Shown here piece after piece: positions 17,850 to 26,895 of a DNA stretch of 64,000 nucleotides. Position 1 is the first letter of the stretch, and every line of letters begins with the position of its first letter. Under the pieces are notes generated by a model. The model was not told the origin of the DNA. It made no database searches and saw only the letters and a program-made list of their open reading frames with translations. The stretch spans positions 3,927 to 67,926 of the forward strand of contig DPGD01000048.1 in the NCBI GenBank assembly GCA_003522145.1, read 5' to 3'. The translations under genes were made by a program, and so were the position numbers. This DNA is from Clostridiales bacterium. GTDB taxonomy: Bacteria > Bacillota > Clostridia > Oscillospirales > CAG-272.

Positions 17850-20159
17850 TCAGCGGGACCACTCTTCCAGTCTTTTCCTTAAGGTGGGCAGGTCCAGACG
17901 GTCTTTGGCGTATGCCTTGCGCAGCAGAGCCGGGGGCAAGAGAGGGTCATACTTATCCATGGAGGGGGATTCGCTTTCAAAAACCAGGTCCTCCACGGTG
18001 GTATGCTCTTTTTCAAAGAGAGCAAGAAGTCTTGCCGGCAGATCCTCGCCGGAGGATTTGTCCATTTTGAAGGAGAGATAGTAGCACCCTTCAAATTCGG
18101 GGGAGGAAATGCCCAGTTCCCCGCTGTAGCGCAAGAGCGCCCGGCGCAGGGTGCGGAAGGGGCGGGTTCCCAACCAGGGGAAAAAGCAGTAGGACAGTCC
18201 GCCCAGACGCAGGACCGGCCGTTCACAAAGCCCGGTGTTCCGGGCCACGGTACGGGCGGCGGTCAGCCGCTCCACCGCCTGCGGCTTCAGATAGGGATAG
18301 ACGGTTTCCTCCGTAAGGACTTTTTTCATCCGTTCCAAAATTTTGGTGTGAATTTCTCCGTAATCTCCGGGCCAGGAAACATCCATGCGCCCCTTCACCG
18401 GCCGGACATAAATCAGTCTTCTCTTGATGTCGCAGTCCTCCACCTCCCATACATGCCCTGCCAGAGCGAAGCGCTCGCCTTTCGGGGGGCAGGAGGAAAT
18501 GGTGCCGATTTCGTCCGAGCTCCAGAGAACCGTGAAATCCTCCGAATCCTTGAAGGAGGCGTAAAATTTATAGGAAGAGGTGAGCTTCTCTCCCTCCAGC
18601 CCGACGATCAGGCCGCCCTCCTCGGTGCGCTCCAGATAGTTTTCCTCCAGCATGAAACGAAGGAGGGTCTTATAATCCTCTTTTTCCACCTGAGAAAAGG
18701 GCGGAAGCCCCAGAACTCTGCCTGCAAGGGCGGCAGGCGTCCGCTCTCCGCCGGAGGCAAGAATCGACAGCGTCTCCTGAAAAAGGAGGCTCAGGGGAAG
18801 GGTTTTGGTGCCGGCCCCCTCGATAAATCCCTCCTCCAGATACAGTTGGATGACCGCAATGGCCTGCAAGAGCTTCCAAGGAAGGATCTGGGGAAGGGGA
18901 GCACCGGAAAGAGGCTCCTCCTCCCGGATAACCATCATCATTTCGGGCGGTGCGCCTCTCCGGCCGGATCGGCCCAGGCGTTGCAGGAAGGAGGAGACGG
19001 TGTTGGGGGCATCCATCTGGATGACACGCGAAAGACGCCCGATGTCCACACCCAGCTCCAGAGTCACGGTGGCGCAGGTGGTATAGTATTCTTCGTTTTT
19101 TTTGATCTTTTCTTCCGCCTCTTCCCGCAGAGCGGCGGACAGATTGCCGTGGTGGATGAGAAAACGATCGGGCTCTCCCTTCCGCTCCGCCAGCTGTCTT
19201 AAGGCGGCAGTGACGCTTTCGGTTTCCTCTCTGGAATTGGAAAAAACCAGACAGCTTCTGTTTTCGGTGCAACGGTACACATATTCATAGCCGGCATCAA
19301 AATTCACAGACCCGTTGTCGTCTTTTTTCTCTATGGGCTCCTTGGAAACGGCAGAGTCCAAAAAACCCTCTTGCAGGTGGCTTTCGCCGGATGCCTCCGG
19401 CATGCGCCCCTTGGGAAAAACGGCCGTGCCCTCTTCGCTCTGATCCTGAAGCCTGGAGGTGGGAACGAAAAAGTGCTCAATGCCCAAACGCCACACCGGG
19501 TGTTCCTCATCGGACCGGGTAAAGCGGACATTCTTGGTGCTTCCCCCGGAGAGCCAGCGGGCGGCGGCGGCACGGTCGCCGATGGTGGCGGAAAGACCGA
19601 TCCTGCGGGGCGGACAGAGGAGAAGCCGCTCCAGGCGGACCAGTTGGCAGAGAATCTGCCGGCCCCGGTCGGTGCCCATCAAGGAATGCACTTCATCGAT
19701 CACCACGAACCGCAGGTCGCCAAAAAGCCTCGGCAGGTCGTTTTGCCGGTTGATGAGCATACTCTCCAAGCTTTCCGGGGTGATCTGCAGGATCCCTTTG
19801 GGGTCCTTCAGGGCTTTGGCCTTGTGGGAGGAAGAAACATCTCCGTGCCAGTGGGCAAGAGGAATGCTGCCGGCTGCAAGAAGCTCGGAAAGCCGTTCAA
19901 ACTGGTCGTTGATCAAGCTTTTCAGGGGAGCGACGTACAGCACCCCGAAACTGCCGGGCGGGTCGTTGAGAAGCTCTGAAATGATGGGGAAAAAGGCCGC
20001 TTCGGTTTTTCCGGAGGCGGTGGAGGAGCAGATGAGAAGGTGGTCGGCAGAGTCAAAAATGGCTGTTGCCGCCTCTTCCTGAACCGAACGAAGCTCGCTC
20101 CAGCCCTTTGAATAAATATAGTCCTGAATCAGCGGAGCATAGCGATCAAATGCACTCAA
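17850..20159 (-). CDS. Lhr-like DEAD/DEAH-box (DEVH) ATP-dependent helicase with DEAD_assoc-type C-terminal domain
   Basis: Walker A SSTASGKTEAAF, VIDEVHSL, SAT and QRLGRSGRR motifs. Likely TTG start at 20159, 6 nt after GGAAAGGAG. The longer ORF start has no RBS. Confidence 0.85.
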   Translation of the reverse strand: MSAFDRYAPLIQDYIYSKGWSELRSVQEEAATAIFDSADHLLICSSTASGKTEAAFFPIISELLNDPPGSFGVLYVAPLKSLINDQFERLSELLAAGSIPLAHWHGDVSSSHKAKALKDPKGILQITPESLESMLINRQNDLPRLFGDLRFVVIDEVHSLMGTDRGRQILCQLVRLERLLLCPPRRIGLSATIGDRAAAARWLSGGSTKNVRFTRSDEEHPVWRLGIEHFFVPTSRLQDQSEEGTAVFPKGRMPEASGESHLQEGFLDSAVSKEPIEKKDDNGSVNFDAGYEYVYRCTENRSCLVFSNSREETESVTAALRQLAERKGEPDRFLIHHGNLSAALREEAEEKIKKNEEYYTTCATVTLELGVDIGRLSRVIQMDAPNTVSSFLQRLGRSGRRGAPPEMMMVIREEEPLSGAPLPQILPWKLLQAIAVIQLYLEEGFIEGAGTKTLPLSLLFQETLSILASGGERTPAALAGRVLGLPPFSQVEKEDYKTLLRFMLEENYLERTEEGGLIVGLEGEKLTSSYKFYASFKDSEDFTVLWSSDEIGTISSCPPKGERFALAGHVWEVEDCDIKRRLIYVRPVKGRMDVSWPGDYGEIHTKILERMKKVLTEETVYPYLKPQAVERLTAARTVARNTGLCERPVLRLGGLSYCFFPWLGTRPFRTLRRALLRYSGELGISSPEFEGCYYLSFKMDKSSGEDLPARLLALFEKEHTTVEDLVFESESPSMDKYDPLLPPALLRKAYAKDRLDLPTLRKRLEEWSR

Positions 20160-20251
20160 CGGATACTCCTTTCCCCTCTTCAGAGAGGGCTTCCTATTTT
20201 TCCGGGCAGAAGTTCTCGCGGAACGGTGCGGATGGCCAAAAGATTGCGCAA

Positions 20252-20288
20252 CTGCAAAAACACAGAGCAATCTGCAAAAACACAGAGC
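20252..20288. repeat. tandem direct repeat, 2 x CTGCAAAAACACAGAGC with a 3-nt spacer
   Basis: The exact 17-mer occurs at 20252-20268 and again at 20272-20288, in the intergenic region upstream of the helicase. Confidence 0.9.
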
Positions 20289-20320
20289 CGTTTGCGAAGC
20301 ACTGCTTGCTAAAAGACGGT

Positions 20321-21385
20321 TCAGAGCCGTACACAGTCCCTTTTTTCTGTGGCATAGAGGTTGATGTCCCAGGCGGGGACGCCCCGGTGACGGCGCAGAT
20401 ACAGTCTGTAAAAGGGAAAGTGCTTTTTCACATACAAGGGCAGAAGGAACAGGTCCTCCGGCCGGTGGTAGCAGGAGATCAGCAGGTCGGGCTTGTCCCG
20501 GAGAATCGTCCCGGAGAGTCCCTGAAGGGCACGGAGTTCGGCACCCTCCACATCAAATTTGAGATAGTCGGCGTGCAGCTTTTCAAACAGCCGGTCGCCG
20601 CAGATGCCCTGCACTTCCGTCTGCTTTTTTCCGGGGGCGTCAACGCCGGAGCCCCGGTTGCCGCCGGAAGTAAAGAGGAGCGTTTCCTCCTTGTCCCAGA
20701 GAGCGGCGTGGATCGGAAGGACCGGAAGCCCGGCGGTGTTTTTTTGCAGGCGCAAAAAGGTTTTGGCGTCCGGCTCCACCGAAAGGATCTGTTGCAAAAG
20801 AGGACAACGGCGTGCAAGGTCCTTGGCCGTGTCGCCGCTGTAGGCGCCGAAATCGCCGCAAATCCGGTAGTCTCCGGGGTGGAGAATGGTGTTGAAATCC
20901 TCCTCTTCCGTGGAAAGATTCCGGTCGAAAAAATGCAGTTCCCCATAGAGCTTGCAGGAAATCACGGTGTCAAATACATCCTTTGAAAGGTCATCTTCAA
21001 GAATTTCCCTGGCTCTTTTAAAATCCTGCATGTGGGCATCCAAGAAATCCTTGTCAAAAAGATTTTCGCCCGCTACCGGTACATCGGGGACATACAGGGT
21101 CCGCTCCCCGGCTACGAGAGAAATCGTTTCCAGAACCTCGGGTCTGGAGGATGCAAAGGAAAGAAGAACCCGGAAATCTCCGAAGCGCTCTTTGGCTTCC
21201 CGGAACGAGAGCACCGGCATTCCCCGGTAGAGGTTTCCTCGGGCAAAACCGTCGGAAGCAAAAACTCCGGAAATTTCGATGCCCTTTCGTTTACAGACAG
21301 AAAGAATTTTGTCCGCCCCGTTTCCCATGCCGTAAAGGAGAATGGGCGAGGAGTCTTTTTGCAGGGCAGTCCACAGGTCGTTCAT
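20321..21385 (-). CDS. FkbM family methyltransferase
   Basis: SAM-MT core GDFGAYSGDTAKDL, SVEPD and YLKFDVEGAELRAL, typical of FkbM. Its ATG overlaps the aspartate kinase stop (ATGA). Confidence 0.78.
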   Translation of the reverse strand: MNDLWTALQKDSSPILLYGMGNGADKILSVCKRKGIEISGVFASDGFARGNLYRGMPVLSFREAKERFGDFRVLLSFASSRPEVLETISLVAGERTLYVPDVPVAGENLFDKDFLDAHMQDFKRAREILEDDLSKDVFDTVISCKLYGELHFFDRNLSTEEEDFNTILHPGDYRICGDFGAYSGDTAKDLARRCPLLQQILSVEPDAKTFLRLQKNTAGLPVLPIHAALWDKEETLLFTSGGNRGSGVDAPGKKQTEVQGICGDRLFEKLHADYLKFDVEGAELRALQGLSGTILRDKPDLLISCYHRPEDLFLLPLYVKKHFPFYRLYLRRHRGVPAWDINLYATEKRDCVRL

Positions 21386-22722
21386 TTTACGAAGGAAGAG
21401 TAGATGGCCCTAATGGCATCTTCAAAACGGTTTTCATCCACGCCCACGATGATGTTGTTTTCCGCAAGGGAACGGTTGGTCAGCAACACCGGAATGTTCG
21501 CGTCGGAAAGTGCGCTGAAGACGGTGGAAATGGGGGAGCTTCCGGAAAACCGGTGATTGTAGACACCGCTGCCCACCACGGCGATAAGGGCGATATGATC
21601 CTCAAAATAGGCGCATTCGGGCTTGGCTTTTCTGCAGATGTTGCTCAGAATGTTCATTCTCTTACCGGCCAACTGGGTCGTGGGGGCCACCACGGTCACC
21701 CCGTCGATACCGGTGGGCATGTGCTCAAAGTTCACATCGTTTTCTTCCAAAACCTGAAGAATCTTCCGGCAGAAGCCCAGCTCTCCGTTCATCATGTCCT
21801 TTTCCACGGTCAGAGCGGAAAAGCCCTTTCGCCCGGCAATTCCGGTGATGGGCAGAGCCGGCTCGCTGTCTCTTCTTGGGAGAATCAGAGTGCCGGGAGC
21901 AGAGGGATTGCAGGTGTTTTTGATGAGGATCGGAATGCCGGCCATCCGCACCGGCAGAACCGAATCCTCGTGCAGAACCGTGGCACCCATGTAGGAAAGC
22001 TCCCGAAGCTCATGGTAGGTGACGCTCTCCATCACCCGGGGATTCTGTACGATCCGGGGGTCTGCCATCAGAAAACCGTCCACATCGGTCCAGTTTTCAT
22101 ACAGGTCGGCATCCACCGCACGGGCCACGATCGAGCCGGTAATGTCCGAGCCGCCTCGGCTGAAGGTCCTGATGGTGTCGTTGGGCATGGAGCCGTAAAA
22201 ACCGGGAATGACCGCCCTTCCAAGGGAGGTCAGAACCGAATGCAGGGCGCCGTTTGTGTGCTCGCTGTCAAAGGCGCCGTCGTCCTTGAAAAATACGCAG
22301 TCGGCAGGGTCCACAAAAGGATAGCCCAGGCATTTGGCCATCAGCTTGCCGCAGAGATACTCGCCTCTGGAAGCGGCATAGTCCTTTCCCATCCGGCGTT
22401 TCAGGCCGGCGCAGATGGTCTCAAAATCCTCGTCCAGAGAAAAATCCGGACACAGGGCATCCTGCAAAAGGAAAAAACGCTCCTTGATCCGGTCAAAAAT
22501 CCGGTGAAAGGCCTCTTGGTTTCCGTTCTGCGCTGCATCGTAGCAGGCGTAGAGCAGATCGGTGACCTTTTCATCTCCCGAAAATCGTTTTCCCGGGGCG
22601 GAAACCACCACAAACCGGCGCTCTTCCTGGGCCTTGATAATGGAAATGGCTTCGCCGAACCGTCGGGGATCCGAAAGGGAACTGCCCCCGAATTTGGCAA
22701 CCTTCAACAATTCATTGTGCAT
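21382..22722 (-). CDS. aspartate kinase
   Basis: VAKFGGSSL N-terminus, FSRGGSD, and C-terminal ACT-like region. Start at internal ATG 22722 after GGAAAGGAAAA. Confidence 0.9.
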   Translation of the reverse strand: MHNELLKVAKFGGSSLSDPRRFGEAISIIKAQEERRFVVVSAPGKRFSGDEKVTDLLYACYDAAQNGNQEAFHRIFDRIKERFFLLQDALCPDFSLDEDFETICAGLKRRMGKDYAASRGEYLCGKLMAKCLGYPFVDPADCVFFKDDGAFDSEHTNGALHSVLTSLGRAVIPGFYGSMPNDTIRTFSRGGSDITGSIVARAVDADLYENWTDVDGFLMADPRIVQNPRVMESVTYHELRELSYMGATVLHEDSVLPVRMAGIPILIKNTCNPSAPGTLILPRRDSEPALPITGIAGRKGFSALTVEKDMMNGELGFCRKILQVLEENDVNFEHMPTGIDGVTVVAPTTQLAGKRMNILSNICRKAKPECAYFEDHIALIAVVGSGVYNHRFSGSSPISTVFSALSDANIPVLLTNRSLAENNIIVGVDENRFEDAIRAIYSSFVK

Positions 22723-22789
22723 ACTTCTGTTTTCCTTTCCGGAACGGTCTTCTGTAAAAAATATATTTGCGTATAACCATACAAATACC

Positions 22790-22818
22790 AGTATACACCA
22801 AAAAAGCCCGACTGTCAA
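22790..22818 (-). promoter_or_regulatory. sigma-A type promoter for aspartate kinase
   Basis: On the minus strand: TTGACA, 17 nt spacer, TATACT. The leader is only about 65 nt. Confidence 0.55.
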
Positions 22819-22885
22819 ATGCTTTTGCGTTTTTCCGGCCGACTTTTCCGCAGGTCTGCGCCTGAACCCGGAAACGCAGAAAAAA

Positions 22886-22932
22886 GGGGATGTAAAAAAT
22901 TCTTTCGGAATTTTTTTACATCCCCACCGGCA
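22886..22932 (-). terminator. rho-independent terminator after the pnuC-like gene (hairpin-repeat family member)
   Basis: On the minus strand: GGGGATGTAAAAAAATTCCGAAAGAATTTTTTACATCCCC followed by TTTTTTCTG. Confidence 0.7.
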
Positions 22933-22938
22933 TTTTTT

Positions 22939-22970
22939 GGGGCTGTAAAAAACCTGCTTTTTACAGCCCC
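22939..22970. repeat. hairpin-repeat module X
   Basis: GGGGCTGTAAAAAACCTGCTTTTTACAGCCCC, preceded by ACCGGCATTTTTT, which is half of module Y. Confidence 0.7.
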
Positions 22971-22979
22971 CTGTAGGAG

Positions 22980-24143
22980 TTAGTTTTCGGTCGCCTTGAC
23001 AGGCTTATCGGTCTGGTGTTTCTTGATGTACTTGGTCCATTTGATGTAACCGTAGGTGGTGTTGGTCAGATATCCGGCCTTCAACACCAGCAGGATCCAC
23101 TGTCCGGCAAGAATGTTGATGACCGTTTCAAGAAGTGCCACCAGATACCAGGCGATCCACTGCTCTCTGTAGCGCAGAAGGATGAACACGCCGTTGGCAA
23201 TACCCAGAGCCGAAGCGCAGGCATCCAGATAGCAGACAATGTTTTTGAGCCGCACATTGTTGGCAAAGATTCCGCCCTCCACATCAATGAAGGTCAAAGC
23301 GTAGCCCACTGCCACGGTCCAGACGATAATGCCCAGAATCAGCAGAATATCCTGCTTGACGGTGAGCTTTTTCACCTCCGTCACCTCTTTATCTTCCTTG
23401 TCGGGATGCTTGTTCCAGACGATGAAGCTGATGATGTCGCAGGGGATCCAGAAGAGCAGTGTGGTTGCCAGCGTAGCAAAGCGGTAAGCGCAGAGAATGC
23501 AGATGAGAATTTCAATGACCTCCACAACCAGAGAAATGATGAAATTCCATTTGCTTTGCTTGGAGATCATCAATTCGCAGGCAATGTTGGTGATGACATC
23601 CAAAAGATACAGGATGGTGATGACATACACCGGCACGATGTAATTGAGGGGATTCTGCGCCACGCTGTAGCCGCTGCCGCTTTCGGTCAGGTCTACAGAG
23701 CCGGCAAAGAGACTGTTGCCCTCCCCGTCGCAGAGGCGGAGATGAAGCACGGTGCCTTCTCCGTCGGGATAGCACTCGATTTCAATCTCGTCCTCCGCAC
23801 TCACGGCTTTTTTAAGGTTGAATTTCAGAGTTTCGGGTTCGTCCGGTGTGACGGTGTATTCGTCATAATCCAAATCCACCTCTTCGCCGTTCACGGTGAT
23901 TCCGGATATGACGAAATCCTCCTCCGTGCCGGTGAAGTCCAACACGGTGTAGCCGGAACCAGCCCCGGAGCTATAGGCTGTTTTGTCGAGCTTGACCGTG
24001 TAAGTAGGATCGTCGGTTTCGGGAAACAGGAAGGAAAAGACAATGGCCAGCACCAGAATGCTGAAGAACCATATTTTTTCGTAGGTGGTAAATCGCTTCC
24101 AGAGGTTTTTGCACCTTCCGGAAAAGGTGGTTTTGTTTTTCAT
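22980..24143 (-). CDS. PnuC-family (nicotinamide riboside/NMN-type) transporter with a large inserted extracytoplasmic domain
   Basis: The C-terminal 7-TM core resembles PnuC (LLFWIPCDIISFIVWNKH ... WIAWYLVA ... GYIKWTKY). After the first TM helix comes a segment of about 130 aa not found in canonical PnuC. ATG 24143 lies 8 nt after AAGGAG. Confidence 0.65.
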   Translation of the reverse strand: MKNKTTFSGRCKNLWKRFTTYEKIWFFSILVLAIVFSFLFPETDDPTYTVKLDKTAYSSGAGSGYTVLDFTGTEEDFVISGITVNGEEVDLDYDEYTVTPDEPETLKFNLKKAVSAEDEIEIECYPDGEGTVLHLRLCDGEGNSLFAGSVDLTESGSGYSVAQNPLNYIVPVYVITILYLLDVITNIACELMISKQSKWNFIISLVVEVIEILICILCAYRFATLATTLLFWIPCDIISFIVWNKHPDKEDKEVTEVKKLTVKQDILLILGIIVWTVAVGYALTFIDVEGGIFANNVRLKNIVCYLDACASALGIANGVFILLRYREQWIAWYLVALLETVINILAGQWILLVLKAGYLTNTTYGYIKWTKYIKKHQTDKPVKATEN

Positions 24144-24380
24144 ATTCAATGCTCCTTTGATTTGGAAAAATTCCGGCTTGCCATAGACAAACCGGACACA
24201 TTTTAGAACAAAAGGGCGAATTTGTCAAGAAAAAATCAAGAAAAAACAGAAAAGCTCCTTCAAAAATTCAAAGTATATTCTGTGGCGATCCCGCCGTTGC
24301 CGGATGGGCGGGGCGGAGTGCTCTTTCGGGCACCGCAAAAAATATTTCGGAGTTTGCACGGAAAATGTTCCGAATTTCCC

Positions 24381-24409
24381 TTGACAGCGGGAAAAGACTG
24401 TGATACAAT
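24381..24409 (+). promoter_or_regulatory. sigma-A type promoter of the pyrimidine operon
   Basis: TTGACA, 17 nt spacer, TACAAT, with TG upstream of the -10 element. Confidence 0.55.
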
Positions 24410-24415
24410 AGCGAG

Positions 24416-24553
24416 GATAAAGAGAGACTTTGCAGTTTTTAAGTCGGTACAGAGATGCCGCCAAGATTGGAAACTCGGAAAAGGGACTGGAGCAGGGGTG
24501 TACCCTCCGGTTTCTGTGTTGTACCAGATCTTGCCGGCGGGCAGGATTTTTTT
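24416..24553 (+). promoter_or_regulatory. pyr leader with intrinsic terminator; possible PyrR-type attenuator
   Basis: Hairpin GGUA-CAGAGA-UGCC at about 24447-24460 resembles the PyrR loop (UCCAGAGAGGC). Repeated TGTACC / GGTACA segments could form alternative pairings. Terminator ATCTTGCC-GGCG-GGCAGGAT plus T7 lies at 24528-24553, just before pyrC. Confidence 0.4.
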
Positions 24554-24604
24554 ATGCCTGCGGCGTTTTGAAAGCTGGAAGTCCTTTGGGAAAGGAAATG
24601 CGGC

Positions 24605-25819
24605 ATGACACAAATGCGAGGTAAGGCGTTTGAAAAGAAGGTGGCTCCCTTGGTGGAAGAATTTCTTCGTAAGGGGAGCGTTTCTCCTGTTGTTTCCGAT
24701 GAATATATGGTTTTGCCCGGTTTCTGTGATGTGCATGTGCACTTGCGGGAGCCGGGATTTTCTTATAAGGAGACCGTGAGAGAGGGCAGTATGGCGGGGG
24801 CTCATGGAGGCTACACCGTGTTGTGTGCCATGCCGAATCTCTGTCCGGTGCCTGACAGCCGAGAGCATCTTGAGGAGGAATGGGCGATCATCAGGAGGGA
24901 TGCGGTCATCCGGGTGTACCCTTACGGAGCCATTTCCGTAGGAGAAAAGGGGCAGACTTTGGCAGACCTGTCGGGCATGGCCAAGGCGGTCTGTGGCTTT
25001 TCCGACGACGGAAAAGGGGTGATGGATGAACACCTGATGCAGGAGGCCATGCAGAAGGCAAAAAGCCTTGGGAAGATCCTTGCCGCTCATTGCGAGGACG
25101 CAAGACTCATCGGCGGATGCATACACGAGGGACCCTATGCCAAGGCTCACGGGTATCGGGGCATTCCGTCGGCAAGCGAATATCTGCAGGTGGAAAGAGA
25201 CCTGCGCTTGGCCAGGGAAACCGGGGTAAAGTATCACATCTGCCATGTGTCGTGTAAGGAGAGCGTGGAGTTCGTCCGGCAGGCAAAAAAGGAAGGGGTG
25301 GATGTAACCTGCGAGACGGCGCCCCATTATCTGCTTCTGACCGAAAAGGATCTAAAGGAGGAAGGGCGCTTCAAAATGAATCCGCCTTTAAGGGAAGAGG
25401 AGGACCGACAGGCGCTGATTGAAGGAATCTTGGACGGGACGGTGGACATGATTGCCACCGACCATGCGCCCCACAGCAGGGAGGAGAAAAGCAGGGGACT
25501 TGGGGAAAGCCCTTTCGGGATTGTAGGTCTGGAGACGGCCTTTCCGGTGCTCTACACGGGACTGGTGAAGGAAGGTATTCTGACCTTGGAAAAGCTGGTC
25601 GAGCTGCTTTCCGGCAATCCCAGAAGGCGCTTCGGGCTGCCCTTGGAGCAGGAGGAATATACGGTTTTTGAAATTAAAACACCCTATGAGATCTGCGGAA
25701 AGGATTTTCTTTCCAAGGGAAAAAGCAGTCCCTTTGAAGGGTGGACGGTTTACGGAAAATGCAAAAAAACGGTATGCGGAGGGAGAACGGTATGGCAGGA
25801 AACGGTGCAAGAAAACTGA
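24605..25819 (+). CDS. pyrC: dihydroorotase
   Basis: PGFCDVHVHLREPG, ATDHAPH and a carboxylated-lysine region. First gene of the pyr operon. Confidence 0.9.
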   Translation: MTQMRGKAFEKKVAPLVEEFLRKGSVSPVVSDEYMVLPGFCDVHVHLREPGFSYKETVREGSMAGAHGGYTVLCAMPNLCPVPDSREHLEEEWAIIRRDAVIRVYPYGAISVGEKGQTLADLSGMAKAVCGFSDDGKGVMDEHLMQEAMQKAKSLGKILAAHCEDARLIGGCIHEGPYAKAHGYRGIPSASEYLQVERDLRLARETGVKYHICHVSCKESVEFVRQAKKEGVDVTCETAPHYLLLTEKDLKEEGRFKMNPPLREEEDRQALIEGILDGTVDMIATDHAPHSREEKSRGLGESPFGIVGLETAFPVLYTGLVKEGILTLEKLVELLSGNPRRRFGLPLEQEEYTVFEIKTPYEICGKDFLSKGKSSPFEGWTVYGKCKKTVCGGRTVWQETVQEN

Positions 25820-26895
25820 TTTTGGAAGACGGAAGCGTGTATTTCGGCAGAGGCTTCGGGGCGGAAACCGAAAGAGTGTTGGAGGTGGTGTTCAACACCT
25901 CCATGGCCGGATATGAGGAGATCCTTTCCGACCGTTCCTATACCGACCAGGCGGTGGTGATGACCTACCCGCTGATCGGCAACTACGGGGTGAATGCCGC
26001 AGATGCCGAGTCGGAATCTCCCACGGTGGGAGGGCTGATCGTGGGGGAATACAATCCCCTGCCGTCCAACTTCCGCAGTGAGGGCAATCTGTCCGATTGG
26101 CTGTGCCGCTATGGGATTCCGGGTATTGAAGGATTGGACACCCGGATGCTTGCCAGAAGCATCCGGGAGCACGGAAGCCGCAGAGGCATTCTGACCGACC
26201 GGAACACCACGATCGAGGAGGGTCTAAGGAAGATTGCCGAAACCCCGGTTCCCCACGATGCCGTGCGCAGAGTCAGTACCAAAAGGTTCTTCGCCGTCCA
26301 TGCAAAGGTTCCCCGCTACAGAGTGGCGGCCATCGATTGCGGAATGAAAAGCAACATCGTCCGTTCCCTGAATCGGTTGGGATGCGATGTTACGGTCTTT
26401 CCCTATGACACCACCGCCGAGGAGATCCTGCGGTTTCATCCCGACGGACTGTTCTTATCCAACGGTCCGGGGGACCCGGAGGATGTGAAGCCGGTCATCG
26501 CTCTGGTGGCCGCCCTGAAAGGAAAAATGCCGATCTTCGGAATCTGTCTTGGCCATCAGATGATCGCCTTGGCCTACGGCGCCTCCACCTATAAGCTGAA
26601 ATTCGGACATCGGGGCGGAAATCATCCGGTGAAGAATCTGAAAACCGGAAAGGTGGAAATCACCTCTCAGAACCACAGCTACGCCGTCAGAGAAGAAACC
26701 CTTGCAAACACGGGTCTGGTGGTGACCCACCGGAATCTGTTGGACGGAACGGTGGAAGGAATGGAATGCTGTGCGGACCATGTGTTCTCGGTGCAGTATC
26801 ACCCGGAAAGCGCACCCGGTCCGGAGGACAGCGGGTATCTTTTCAATCGGTTTGTGGACGAGATGAACGCTTTTGGAGGAACGGAAAATGCCTAA
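25792..26895 (+). CDS. carA: carbamoyl-phosphate synthase small (glutaminase) subunit
   Basis: [16 protein letters not shown]-terminus, GICLGHQ active-site Cys, and HPE. ATG 25792 follows GGAGGGAG. Confidence 0.92.
   Translation: MAGNGARKLILEDGSVYFGRGFGAETERVLEVVFNTSMAGYEEILSDRSYTDQAVVMTYPLIGNYGVNAADAESESPTVGGLIVGEYNPLPSNFRSEGNLSDWLCRYGIPGIEGLDTRMLARSIREHGSRRGILTDRNTTIEEGLRKIAETPVPHDAVRRVSTKRFFAVHAKVPRYRVAAIDCGMKSNIVRSLNRLGCDVTVFPYDTTAEEILRFHPDGLFLSNGPGDPEDVKPVIALVAALKGKMPIFGICLGHQMIALAYGASTYKLKFGHRGGNHPVKNLKTGKVEITSQNHSYAVREETLANTGLVVTHRNLLDGTVEGMECCADHVFSVQYHPESAPGPEDSGYLFNRFVDEMNAFGGTENA

Noticed and set aside
22723-22885. Lysine (L-box) riboswitch upstream of aspartate kinase
   Set aside because: A good promoter (TTGACA-17-TATACT) sits only about 65 nt from the start codon. 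That leaves no room for a ~180-nt L-box, and no L-box motifs were seen.
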